Shown here piece after piece: positions 14,015-27,279 of a DNA stretch of 64,000 bases (its first letter is position 1; each line of letters starts with the position of its first letter). The notes under the pieces are model-generated. The model ran no database searches. It had not been told where the DNA came from and saw nothing but the letters and a program-made list of their open reading frames with translations. Both the position numbers and the translations under genes were made by a program. The stretch lies in contig OZ024743.1 in NCBI GenBank assembly GCA_964016885.1, positions 161,758,001 through 161,822,000 of the forward strand. Direction: 5' to 3'. The DNA is from Eledone cirrhosa. Its lineage: Eukaryota.

Positions 14015-14207
14015 TATACACACATACACACATATACACATATATATATATATATATACACACATATATATACACACATATACACATATATATATATATA
14101 TATACACATATATATACATATACACATATATATATATACATATACACATATATATATATACATATATACACACATACATATACACATATATATACACATA
14201 TCTACAT

Positions 14208-14238
<31 letters not shown>

Positions 14239-14666
14239 CACATATATATATACACATATATACACACATATATATATATACACACATATATATATATACA
14301 CACATATATATATATATACACATATATATATACACACATATATATATATACACACATATATATATATATACACACACATATATATATATATACACATATA
14401 TATATACACACATATATATATATACACACATATATATATATACACATATATATATATACACATATATATATACACATATATATATATATACACACATATA
14501 TATATATACACACATATATATATATACACATATATATATATATACACATATATATATATATACACATATATATATATATATACACATATATATATATATA
14601 CACATATATATATACATATATGTATATATATACACATATATATATATATACACATATATATATACA
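12671..14666. repeat. Compound TA/CA microsatellite array (about 2 kb)
   Basis: Direct reading. Confidence 0.95.
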
Positions 14667-15305
14667 TGGTGGCTGCCAACTCGTTTTCGAGTACGGCCAC
14701 TACTTTACATCCATGTAGGATAACCCCTACCGAAGCGCTGAACGAGTGTGACTTTTTAGTCCAGCCAGCGACTTGAAACCTCTGGTACAAACACTACACC
14801 TGTGACAATTATTGACACATAGTGCTAGGCCCATGGTAGGACAATTATTGACACATAGTGCTGGGCCCATGTGAGGACAAGTGCAGAGAGATCTCCAGAT
14901 ATAAAGCAATGCCTGTGCCGTGAAGCTTTTATAGTGAGCAAAGGCACTGCACAAAGCCAGTCCCACTCTCTTAACCAAGATGCTATTTACCAAAAAGAAG
15001 AACAAGTCAACATCATTGGATACCATCAGGGTTGCAGGTGTTATATCAGAGTTTTCCTTCTCCTAGAATTCTGCCTTGACTAAGGCTAAAGGGGTCATCT
15101 CTCCCGGTGATTTTGGATGGCCATTGACTCTTAAGAGCTCCTTTGCCCTTTGACAGGTTTTGTTTTTAGTCCTGCAGGATGTCCAAAGTCACCCTCCTCA
15201 CCAAGAAACCTTGGTGGGGTTGCCAGTTTAGTCGCCAACGACCCGACCATGAGACAGGTTGTACTGGGATACATGTTACCAGTAGCACCAACTGGTGACC
15301 TGACA
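14667..15305 (-). mobile_element. Non-autonomous RTE-like retroelement, copy C
   Basis: Homologous to copies A and B; has an internal ~37-bp tandem duplication at about 14804-14870. Confidence 0.8.
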
Positions 15306-15559
15306 TAAATATATGTATATGTGTATATATATATATACATATATATACATATACACATATACATACACATATATATATATAATACATACACATATATATA
15401 TACTATACTACACATATATATATACACATATATATAACATATACACATATATATATACATATACACATATATATATACATATACACATATATATATACAT
15501 ATATATATATATATACAGATATATATATACATATATATATATATTTACACATATATATA

Positions 15560-16022
15560 CATCATCATCATCATCATCTTCGTTTAACGTCCATTTTCCA
15601 CGCTAGCATGGGTTAGACGGGAGTTGTCCCACTTGAGGCAGGTTGGTCGGGTGACCGTGTCTCGCTCATATAGGACTATCTGGCAGGTTTTCTACGGCTG
15701 GATGCCCTTCCTAACACCAACCACATTTACAGTGTGGAACTGGGAACTTTTTACCATGTTACCTTCACGACCACATTACAGCGTGGACTGTGTGTTTTTT
15801 TGTCGTGACACCTACACAATCTCAATCTCATTATCTCGTGCTGTTGGTGGTTGTGGGAGAATAGGGTAAGGATAGTGGATTGGGGTGTATATTTGGTTAA
15901 AAGGTGCCTACTGACTGTAGGTTTCACTTTGTATATAGGCAAGGCGGATCTTCTGTATTACTGCGTAGCGCCAAAGATCTCGGTCCAGAGACATTGTCTT
16001 AGAGAGATGTAAGTGTGTAAGG
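15560..16022 (-). mobile_element. 5'-truncated RTE LINE 3' end
   Basis: Reverse complement of about 24420-24896, including the (GAT)n tail. Confidence 0.8.
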
Positions 16023-16059
16023 TATACATATATATACACATATATATATATATATCTAT

Positions 16060-16272
16060 CTAAGGCGGGTAAAATTCCCGAGATCCATGGACGAGTTCTC
16101 TCCAGCGGTCTCTGTCCCTCATTATCGCTGCCATATCCTGCATCTCCAACAGACCAGTGTCTGTCCTTAGGGCATCAACATATGTTAACCTTGGTCTTCC
16201 TCTTCTAGTGTGTCCATGTAGGGGCTCCAAAGGAGCACTGAGTGCAATGTCAACTCTGGATGTCGGTGAGCA
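16060..16272 (-). mobile_element. 3' fragment of another RTE-type LINE family
   Basis: [26 protein letters not shown]...[11 protein letters not shown], a typical RTE-group ORF C-terminus. Confidence 0.65.
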
Positions 16273-16412
16273 ATATATACACGTATATATACACATATAT
16301 ATATATACATATACACACACACATACATATACACACACACACACATACACACACATATATATATATATATATACATATACACACACACATACATATACAC
16401 ACACACACACAT

Positions 16413-16443
<31 letters not shown>

Positions 16444-16452
16444 CACATATAT

Positions 16453-16491
<39 letters not shown>

Positions 16492-16494
16492 TAT

Positions 16495-16539
<45 letters not shown>

Positions 16540-16542
16540 TAT

Positions 16543-16589
<47 letters not shown>

Positions 16590-16592
16590 TAT

Positions 16593-16623
<31 letters not shown>

Positions 16624-16634
16624 CACATATATAT

Positions 16635-16665
<31 letters not shown>

Positions 16666-16676
16666 CACATATATAT

Positions 16677-16717
<41 letters not shown>

Positions 16718-16720
16718 TAT

Positions 16721-16769
<49 letters not shown>

Positions 16770-16772
16770 TAT

Positions 16773-16815
<43 letters not shown>

Positions 16816-16834
16816 TATACACACACATATATAT

Positions 16835-16881
<47 letters not shown>

Positions 16882-17160
16882 TATACACACACATATATAT
16901 ATATATACACGTATATATACACACATATATACACATATATATATACACATACATATACACACACATACATATACACACACACACATACATATACACACAC
17001 ACATATATATATATATACACATACACATATATATACACACATATATATATATATATATACACATATATATATATATATACACACATACACATACACACAT
17101 ATATATATATACACACACATATATATATATATACACATACACATATATATACATACACAT
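16273..17160. repeat. Compound TA/CA microsatellite array
   Basis: Direct reading. Confidence 0.95.
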
Positions 17161-17434
17161 ATCTCCTTATAATATATAACCAGCAATTTCTGTCTGTCTG
17201 TTCGACAGTGGAAACACGTGCGCGCGTGGTTGCTATCTCTCTCTCTCCAGCTATCCCTCTCTTTTCGTCTGTCTGTCTGTTTCTCTCACTCTTTCTCTTT
17301 GTAACACACTAACATTCCTCCCCTCTATCGCTGTGACGAATGGGGAGGTGGAGGAGGAGAAGAGAGTCACTTCGTCACTTCACCTCTGCCTTTCTTTCTC
17401 TCCCCTCTCACTCCCTCATTACGTACAGACATTA

Positions 17435-17627
17435 GGGCGGTGGATTGGCAGAATCTGTAGAGAGTCGGACACCATGCTTCATAGCATGGAGTTACGTCCC
17501 TTTATGGTCTGAATTCAAATACCGCCGAGGTTAACTTTGCCTTTCATACTCACGGGGTCGATAAAATAAAGTACCAGTAATGTACTGGTTAATTGCTGGC
17601 CTTGTGCCAAAAGTAGAAACAATTATT
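17435..17627 (+). mobile_element. tRNA-derived SINE (main family)
   Basis: Same sequence as 9672-9860. Confidence 0.85.
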
Positions 17628-18181
17628 AGAAACATTGCTTCATTTTTACATATCTAAGCATTAGTAAAATAACTAATAATTTCAAAAGTAATTTTTCAAT
17701 TCCAATTCTTATGAACAGCAAAACATTAATAATAATTTTGTTCTAAGAAATATATATACATTTCTGTGTGTGTAATATATATATATATATACACACCCTT
17801 GCAAGCAGGGAAAAAGCGGACGTAAAATGAAAATGATGAAAATGAAATATACACACACAGAAATATATATACATTTCTGTGTGTGTAATATATATATATA
17901 TATATACACACACACAGAAATATATGGGCATTTCTCTGTTTGTCTGTCTGTCTGTCTGTCCTTCCCTAAAACTCAAATGTAGGTGCTACAGAAATATTAC
18001 CTTCCCCTTCCTTTCTCCACTTTGGTACTACCAAGAGAAACACTGTCGCTATAGAAACATTTCCTTCCCCTCTCCACTGACTTTGGTCACTGAGGCCGAG
18101 GGAATCGCTGGTTGCTATAGACACCTTGCACAAGCCAGAAGTAACCAGTTCGAGGCGGTTCTGACTTGACACCATGCTAAG

Positions 18182-18888
18182 TCTACTTATAATATATAAT
18201 GGGCATTTCTCTGTTTGTTTGTCTGTCTGTCTGTAAAAAATGCCAAGGAAACAAAAAGACGCGGTTTCAAATCTCTATGCTTTTCAAATTCATTACATTA
18301 ATCTTTATTTATACGTTTCGCTTTACGAGTGTTTCGACTTACGAGAGTTTCGACTTACGATGGTTTCGGCTTACGAGTGTTTCGGCTTATCATTATATAT
18401 AAACGTTAAGGACCGTAACTCTATGCTTTGACGCATAGAGTTACGGTCCTTGCCATTCTGAGTTCAAATCCCGCCGAGGTTAACTTTGCCTTTCATCCTT
18501 ACGGGGTCGATAAAATAAAGTACCAGTAATGCACTGGGTAATTGCTGGCCTTGTGCCAAAAAAGTAGAAACAATTATATATAAACGTTTCTATTTCCATC
18601 GTTTTATCGTAAACTTTTATATATTTCCATTGTTATATCATAACGTTTATGTATCATAACGTTTAGATTTCCGTCACTAATCTCTTTTTCTCCTTTTTCG
18701 TTTTAACATATATTTATTTCAAAGATTTCACCGTATAGATAACATATATATTTATACATGCATAAAAGACACACCGAGAGACGGTGAACATGTGGTGCCG
18801 AAAACATTTCTCATCCAAATCTCAACAATATCAATATATACACTAGAGTTGCTAGCAGAAAACCGCCCATCGTGTGGTTTTCTGCTAG
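18182..18888 (+). mobile_element. Non-autonomous Helitron with nested SINE and 15-bp minisatellite
   Basis: 5' TCTACTTATAATATATAA plus (TGTC)n; 3' hairpin CTAGCAGAAAACC..GGTTTTCTGCTAG. Confidence 0.6.
18408..18572 (+). mobile_element. 5'-truncated SINE with an inverted 5' segment
   Basis: 16-bp TSD attatatataaacgtt at 18392-18407 and 18573-18588; 19-bp perfect hairpin at the 5' end. Confidence 0.85.
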
Positions 18889-19475
18889 TCTATATATATA
18901 AAACAGAGGATGTCTGTGTCTGTTTCCCTAAAACTCGAGAAGTACCCAACCGGTTTTTTTCAAACTTTATACATGTAACTCGTATGACCCCGGAAGTGTT
19001 TTGAGCAAAAAACATTTCAAATTTTCAATGCCCTAGGGACCGCATTAGGCGATTTAGCGATCTCTTTCTCTTAGTCTTTCTCTTTTTAGATAGATACATA
19101 GATATCTGTCTGTATGCTTGATTGTCTGCATTACGTCATTATGACGCGATCAGTGTGAGTGTGTGTATATATTCTTATGCCAGGGAACGTCTTCACGAAC
19201 CAAAGTATCGTCTTCCTGTTTTCCAGATTGATTTTTTTAGTTTAAGAAGATCCCGTTAAGGTTGAAAGCAGCGATTCTTTGCTTAAACATTAATATGTTA
19301 TTTTAATATAGATATTCGTGTACAGATATTTTTGCACACACAAAAACAAAATATAAACAAACAAGGCCAAAGATTACATCAATTAGTCTTAGTGTATGTA
19401 CTTCATACTGCTTTTAGGTAGAATATCCCGTTAAGGGTGAAAGCAGTGATTCTTTGCTTAAACTTTAGTCTGTTA

Positions 19476-19521
<46 letters not shown>

Positions 19522-19667
19522 TATATTTATGGACAGATATTTTTGCATACACAATAACAAAATATAAACAAACGTATTTATTTCACGAGGTTCGATAAGG
19601 ATAAATATATATCAAATATATAAGAACCCTATAGCAAATCCCGAGCAACGCCGGGCTATTCTGCTAG
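18889..19667 (+). mobile_element. Non-autonomous Helitron
   Basis: 5' TCTATATATATAAAA; 3' CCCGAGCAACGCCGGG hairpin motif then TTCTGCTAG|T; internal ~175-bp tandem duplication (starts about 19250 and 19425). Confidence 0.75.
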
Positions 19668-20150
19668 TATATATATATACACACATATATATATATATAC
19701 ACATACACATATATATACATATATATATATACACATATATATATACACATATATACGCAGATACATATCCATATATATATATACACATATATACACATAT
19801 ACATATACATATATATATATACACATATATACACATATACATATCCATATATATATATATATACTCATTTATATATATATACACATATATACACATATAC
19901 ATATCCATATATATATATATATACACATAAACATATATATATATACACATATATACACATAAACATATATATATATACACATATACACACATATATACAC
20001 ATCCATATATATATATATACACGTATACATATCCATATATATATACACACATATATACACATATACATATCCATATATATATATACACACATATACACAT
20101 ATATACACATATACATATATATACACATATACATATATATACACATATAG

Positions 20151-20244
<94 letters not shown>

Positions 20245-20444
20245 ACATACATATATATATATATACATACACATACATATATATATATATACACATACAT
20301 ATATATATATATACATATACACATACATATATATATATACATATACACATACATATATATATATATACATATACACATACATATATATATATACATATAC
20401 ACATACATATATATATATATACATATACACATACATATATATAT

Positions 20445-20477
<33 letters not shown>

Positions 20478-20753
20478 CACATACATATATATATATACAC
20501 ACACACATATATATATATATACACACACACATATATATATATATATATACACACACATATATATATATATATATATAATTACATACGCATATATACATAT
20601 ATATATACACATACACACATATATACACATACATATATATAAATACACATATATATTTATACACACATACACATATATACACACATACACATATATACAC
20701 ACATATACATATATATATATATATATATACACATTGATATATATATAAACACA

Positions 20754-20797
<44 letters not shown>

Positions 20798-21731
20798 GAT
20801 ATACATGTACATACATATATATATATGTGTATATATATGTGTGTGTATATATATATATATATACACACGTATATATATACACACATATATAAATACACAT
20901 ATATATATATACACACATATATATACACATATATACATATACACACATATATATACACATATATACACACATATATATATACACATATATATACACACAT
21001 ATATATATACACATATATATATACACATATATATATACACATATATATATACATATATATATATACACATATATATATATACACATATATATATATACAC
21101 ATATATATATATACACATATATATATATACACATATATATATATACACATATATATATACACATATATATATACACATATATATATACACATATATATAT
21201 ACACACATATATATATACACACATATATATATATACACACATATATATATACACACATATATATATACACACATATATATATACACATATATATATACAC
21301 ATATATATATACATACACATATATATACATACACATATATATACACATATATATATACACATATATGTATACATACACACATATATATACATACACATAT
21401 ATATATACATACACACATATATATACATACCCATATATATATACATACCCATATATACATACACACATATATATATATATATACATACATATATATATAT
21501 ACACACACATATATATATATACACACATATATATATACACACATATATAAATACATATATATATATATATACACACATATATATATACACACATATATAT
21601 ACACACATATATATACACATATATATATATACACAGAGATACACATATATGTATACACACATATATATATATACATACATATATATATATACACACATAT
21701 ATATATATATACACACACACATATATATATA
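19668..21731. repeat. Compound TA/CA microsatellite array (about 2 kb)
   Basis: Direct reading. Confidence 0.95.
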
Positions 21732-22140
21732 TGGTGGCTGCCAACTCGTTTTCGAGTACGGCCACTACTTTATATCCATGTAGGAGAACCCCTACCGATG
21801 CGCTAAACAAGTGTGACTTTTAGTCCAGCCAGCGACTTGAAAACTCTGGTACAAACACTACACCTGTGACAATTATTGACACATAGTGTTGGGCCCTTGG
21901 TACCATGTGACGACAAGTGCAGAGAGATCTCCAGATACAAAGCAATGCCTGTGCCGTGAAGCTTTTATAGTGAGCAAAGGCACTGCACAAAGCCAGTCCC
22001 ACTCTCTTAACCAAGATGATATTTACCAAAAAGAAGAACAAGTCAACATCATTGGATACCATCAGGGTTGCAGGTGTTATATCAGAGTTTTCCTTCTCCT
22101 AGAATTCTGCCTTGACAAAGGCTAAGGGGTCATCTCTCCC
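21732..22140 (-). mobile_element. Non-autonomous RTE-like retroelement, copy D (5'-truncated)
   Basis: Homologous to the 3' ~410 bp of copies A-C. The 3' end is identical and the 5' end is missing, as expected for target-primed reverse transcription. Confidence 0.8.
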
Positions 22141-22275
22141 AATATATATATATACATATATATACACACACATATATATATATATATATACATATATATA
22201 TACACACATATATATATATATATATACATATATATATACACACATATATATATATATATATATACATATATATAT

Positions 22276-22320
<45 letters not shown>

Positions 22321-22395
22321 TATACATATATATATATACACACATATATACATATATATATACACACATATATATATATACACATATACACACAC

Positions 22396-22590
22396 ATCAT
22401 CATCATCATCATCGTTTAACGCCCGTGTTCCATGCTTGCATGGGTTTGGACGGGAGTTTTCCCACTTGAGGCAAGAGTGGTTGTCTTGCTCGCATAGGAC
22501 TGTCTAGCGGGTTTTCTAGTTGGATGCCCTTCCTAACACCAACCACATTTACAGTGTGGGGCTGGGAGGTTTTTACCGTGTTGCCTACAC
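22396..22590 (-). mobile_element. Short RTE 3'-UTR fragment
   Basis: Reverse complement of about 24710-24896, with the (GAT)n tail. Confidence 0.8.
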
Positions 22591-22675
22591 GTATATATAT
22601 ATAGACATATACACACATATATATATATATATATATACACATATATATATATACATATACACACATATATATCCC

Positions 22676-24896
22676 GCCCCCACGTACCACCATTGTTATT
22701 ACGTGGACCAATCATAAGCCAGAGCCCCCACGCATCACCATTATTATTACGTGGACCAATCATAAGCCAGAGGCCTATACTATCGCTCGCCTGGTTGCCT
22801 TTCGATATATGATGGATGGATGGACTACGGAATCCTGGAGAGTGGAAGAGAGAGAAAAATCTGGACGCTCAGCGACAATGCCAAAGATAAAGACAAATTC
22901 ACCTCGTGGACGAGAATGCGAGCACTCCTCTTTGTTTCGACCGCGGACGGCTAACATAACCCCATCTCCCCCTGCTCCCCACCGCCCCCACCCTCCAAAC
23001 GCAATCCAAAACTTCAGAGTTGGTACCATAAATGTAAGCACCTTAAAGGGTCGCTCTAACGAGGTTGTAGAAATGCTCGAATGTAAGGAGGTCGATGTTT
23101 GTTGTATTCAAGAGACCAAGTGGAGGGGTGGGTCTGCTAGATTCATTGAGGGTAAAAAACGATGTTATAAGCTTTTCTGGGTGGGAAACGGCGATGGGCT
23201 GGGTGGAGTAGGAATCATGGTAGCAGAAAAGTGGGCAGATAAGATAATAGACGTAAATAGAGTGAACGACAGAATAATTAAAATAAGACTTGTCCTCAAT
23301 AGAACTACGGTGACAGTAATATCTGCGTACGCACTCCAATCCGGACTGCCCGGCACTGTAAAAGACAGATTCTATGAGACACTGATGCTCACCACCTCCC
23401 AAATAACCAACAGTGACTATATAATTATTGCAGGCGACCTAAATGGTCACATTGGACAACATTGTGGCATCCATCAGGGCTCTGTTCTCAGCCCCCTACT
23501 ATTTATTATTGCCCTTCAGGCTATAACAGAGGAGTTCAAGACCGGCTGCCCATGGGAACTCCTATACGCAGACGACCTAACACTCATAGCTGAATCAATG
23601 GCCGAGCTAGAGAAGAAATTCCAAACATGGAAGCACGGCCTAGAATCAAAAGGCCTTAAAATTAACCTGGCTAAGACTAAAGTTCTAGTTTGTAGGAAAG
23701 AAAATAAGGCGGCGGTCCCTTCCGGGAAATGGCCATGCTCAGTGTGTAGGAAAGGCGTAGGTAGAAACTCCATTTTATGTCCCAAATGCAAAGTATGGGT
23801 GCATAAAAGATGTAGTGGGATCACAGGTAAGCTAACTAAGAACATAGATTTTACATGTGGCCGGTGCTCTGGTGCAATAAGTAGCAGCAAGTGCCCACAG
23901 AATACTAGCTCTTTCAATTGCGCAGAGGGTTCTATAGAAATAGTGGACAGCTTCCGTTACCTGGGTGACAAGATCAGCAGTGGGGGAGGGTGCTCTGAAA
24001 GTACAGTAGCTAGAGTCAGAACTGGATGGAAAAAGTTCAGAGAGCTTATACCACTATTAGCCGCTAAAGGGTTCTCCCTAAAAATAAAAGGCAGGTTGTA
24101 TGATGCCTGCATACGAACAGCAATGTTGCATGGCAGTGAGACCTGGGCATTGTGTGCAGAGGATATACGCAGACTAAAGAGGAATGAAGCTTGCATGCTC
24201 CGCTGGATGTGTAATAGTAATATACGTGAACGGCAAAGCATAAACGAACTAAGGGAAATATTAGAAATAAGAGGGATCAGATGTTGTTTACTCGAGAGAA
24301 GGCTACATTGGTATGGTCACGTGATGCGCATGAAAGACGAAAAAAGTGCAGGGCAATAAAGATAGACGGTAGCCACGGGGTAGGCAGACCCAGAAAAACC
24401 TGGGACGACCTGATAAATTCCGACCTCACACACTTACACCTCTCCAAGACAATGTCACTGGACCGAGATCTTTGGCGGTACTCAGTAATAGAGAAGACCC
24501 GCCTTACCTAAATACAAAGTAAAACCTACTACAGTCAGTAGGCACCTCTAACAAAATACACCCCCGTACCACCACCCCACTCCATCCACACCGCCCCTTT
24601 CAATGTAAAGTTATGTTGGTGCCACAACATCCAGGCCGAAATAAATGAGATCGTGTAGGTGTCACGACAAAAAAAAACACACAGTCCACGCTGTAATGTG
24701 GCTGTGTACGTAACACGGTAAAAACCTCCCAGTCCCACCCTGTAAATGTGGTTGGTCTTAGGAAGGGCATCCAGCTGTAGAAAACCCGCCAGACAGTCCT
24801 ATGCAAGCAAGACAACCACTCTTGCCTCAAGTGGGAAAACTCCCGTCCAAACCCATGCAAGCGTGGAACATGGATGTTAAACGATGATGATGATGA
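22676..24896 (+). mobile_element. RTE-clade LINE, internally deleted
   Basis: 5' tandem repeats; ORF with APE and partial RT motifs; frameshifted C-terminus GRPRKTW..DRDLWR (24281-24511); 3' UTR ending in (GAT)n. Confidence 0.9.
22809..24359 (+). pseudogene. RTE LINE ORF: AP endonuclease joined in frame to the C-terminal half of RT, with a PHD-like finger
   Basis: GTINV, CIQETKW, ISAYA and GDLNGH (APE); QGSVLSP, YADD, INLAKTK and FRYLG (RT); C4HC3 cluster CSVC..CPKC..HKRC..CGRC. Confidence 0.9.
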
Positions 24897-24983
24897 TATA
24901 CACATATATATATATATACATACACATATATATACATACATATATATATAGATATACACATATACACATATATATATATATAT

Positions 24984-25022
<39 letters not shown>

Positions 25023-25027
25023 TACAC

Positions 25028-25090
<63 letters not shown>

Positions 25091-27013
25091 CACATATATA
25101 CACATATATATACACATATATACACATATATATATACATATATACACATATATACACATATATATATACATATATACACATATATATACACATATATACA
25201 CATATATATACACATATAGACATATATATATACATATATACACATATATATATACATATATACACATATATATATACATATATACACATATATATATACA
25301 TATATACACATATATATATACATATATACACATATATATATACATATATACACATATATACACATATATATATACATATATACACATATATATATACATA
25401 TATACACATATATATATACATATATACACACATATATATACATATATACACACATATATATATACATATATACACACATATATATATATGTATATACGCA
25501 TACATATATATACATATATACGCATACATATATATACATATATACGCATACATATATATACATATATACGCATACATATATATACATATATACGCATACA
25601 TATATATATACATATATACACATACATATATATACATATATACACATACATATATATACACATACATATATATATATATATACACATACATATATATACA
25701 CATACATATACATATATACACATACATATATACACATACATATATATACATATATACACATACATATATACACATACATATATACACATACATATATATA
25801 CATATATACACATACATATATATACATATATACACATACATATATATACATATATACACATACATATATATACATATATACACATACATATATATACATA
25901 TATACACATACATATATATACATATATACACATACATATATATACATATATACACATACATATATATACATATATACACATACATATATATACATATATA
26001 CACATACATATATACACATACATATATACACATATACACATACATAATACACACATACATATATATACATATATACACATACATATATATACATATATAC
26101 ACATACATATATATACATATATACACATACATATATATACATATATACACATACATATATATACATATATACACATACATATATATACATATATACACAT
26201 ACATATATATACATATATACACATACATATATATACATATATACACATACATATATATACATATATACACATACATATATATACATATATACACATACAT
26301 ATATATACATATATACACATATATACACATACATATATATACATATATACACATACATATATATACATATATACACATACATATATATACATATATACAC
26401 ATACATATATATACATATATACACATACATATATATATACATATATACACATACATATATATATACATATATACACATACATATATATATACATATATAC
26501 ACATACATATATATATACATATATACACATACATATATATATACATATATACACATACATATATATATACATATATACACATACATATATATATACATAT
26601 ATACACATACATATATATATACATATATACACATACATATATATATACATATATACACATACATATATATATACATATATACACATACATATATACACAT
26701 ACATACACATACATATATATATACATATATACACATACATATATATACATATATACACATACATATATATACATATATACACATACATATATATACATAT
26801 ATACACATACATATATATACATATATACACATACATATATATACATATATACACATACATAATACACACATATATATACACATATACACACACATATACA
26901 CATATATATATATACATATATACACATATATACATAAATACACATATATACATAAATACACATATATATACATATGTACACATATATATAAATATGTACA
27001 CATATATATACAT
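24897..27013. repeat. Compound TA/CA array with blocks of 20-24 bp higher-order units
   Basis: Direct reading. Confidence 0.95.
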
Positions 27014-27279
27014 CAGGGGTTAAGGGTGCGTGCATGCGTTATAGAATCTTGACTTGATCAATTGGCGTCGGTTGAAGCAAGCAGAATTTTGGCTGCTTGC
27101 TAAATCGTAGACACATAAAAAGATAACACACACACACTAGATAACACTACATGCGGCTTTGACCGGAAGGGTCATTTAGAGGGAATTGGGGGGGGGGGGG
27201 GGGTAAGGCTGAACAGCCCCACTTTCCGCCATGGCGATTGGACTGCATGCCCTGCTTTCCAGGTTACCCTTTGCCACTG
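27014..27279. mobile_element. hAT-like MITE
   Basis: Imperfect TIRs CAGGGGTTAAGGGT / ACCCTTTGCCACTG; 8-bp flanks atatacat / atatgcat. Confidence 0.55.

Noticed and set aside
10241-27035. Very long ORFs (300-800 aa) rich in Y/I/C/V/M or Y/I/H/T
   Set aside because: Alternating pyrimidine-purine repeats cannot form stop codons, so all frames are open. These are artefacts.
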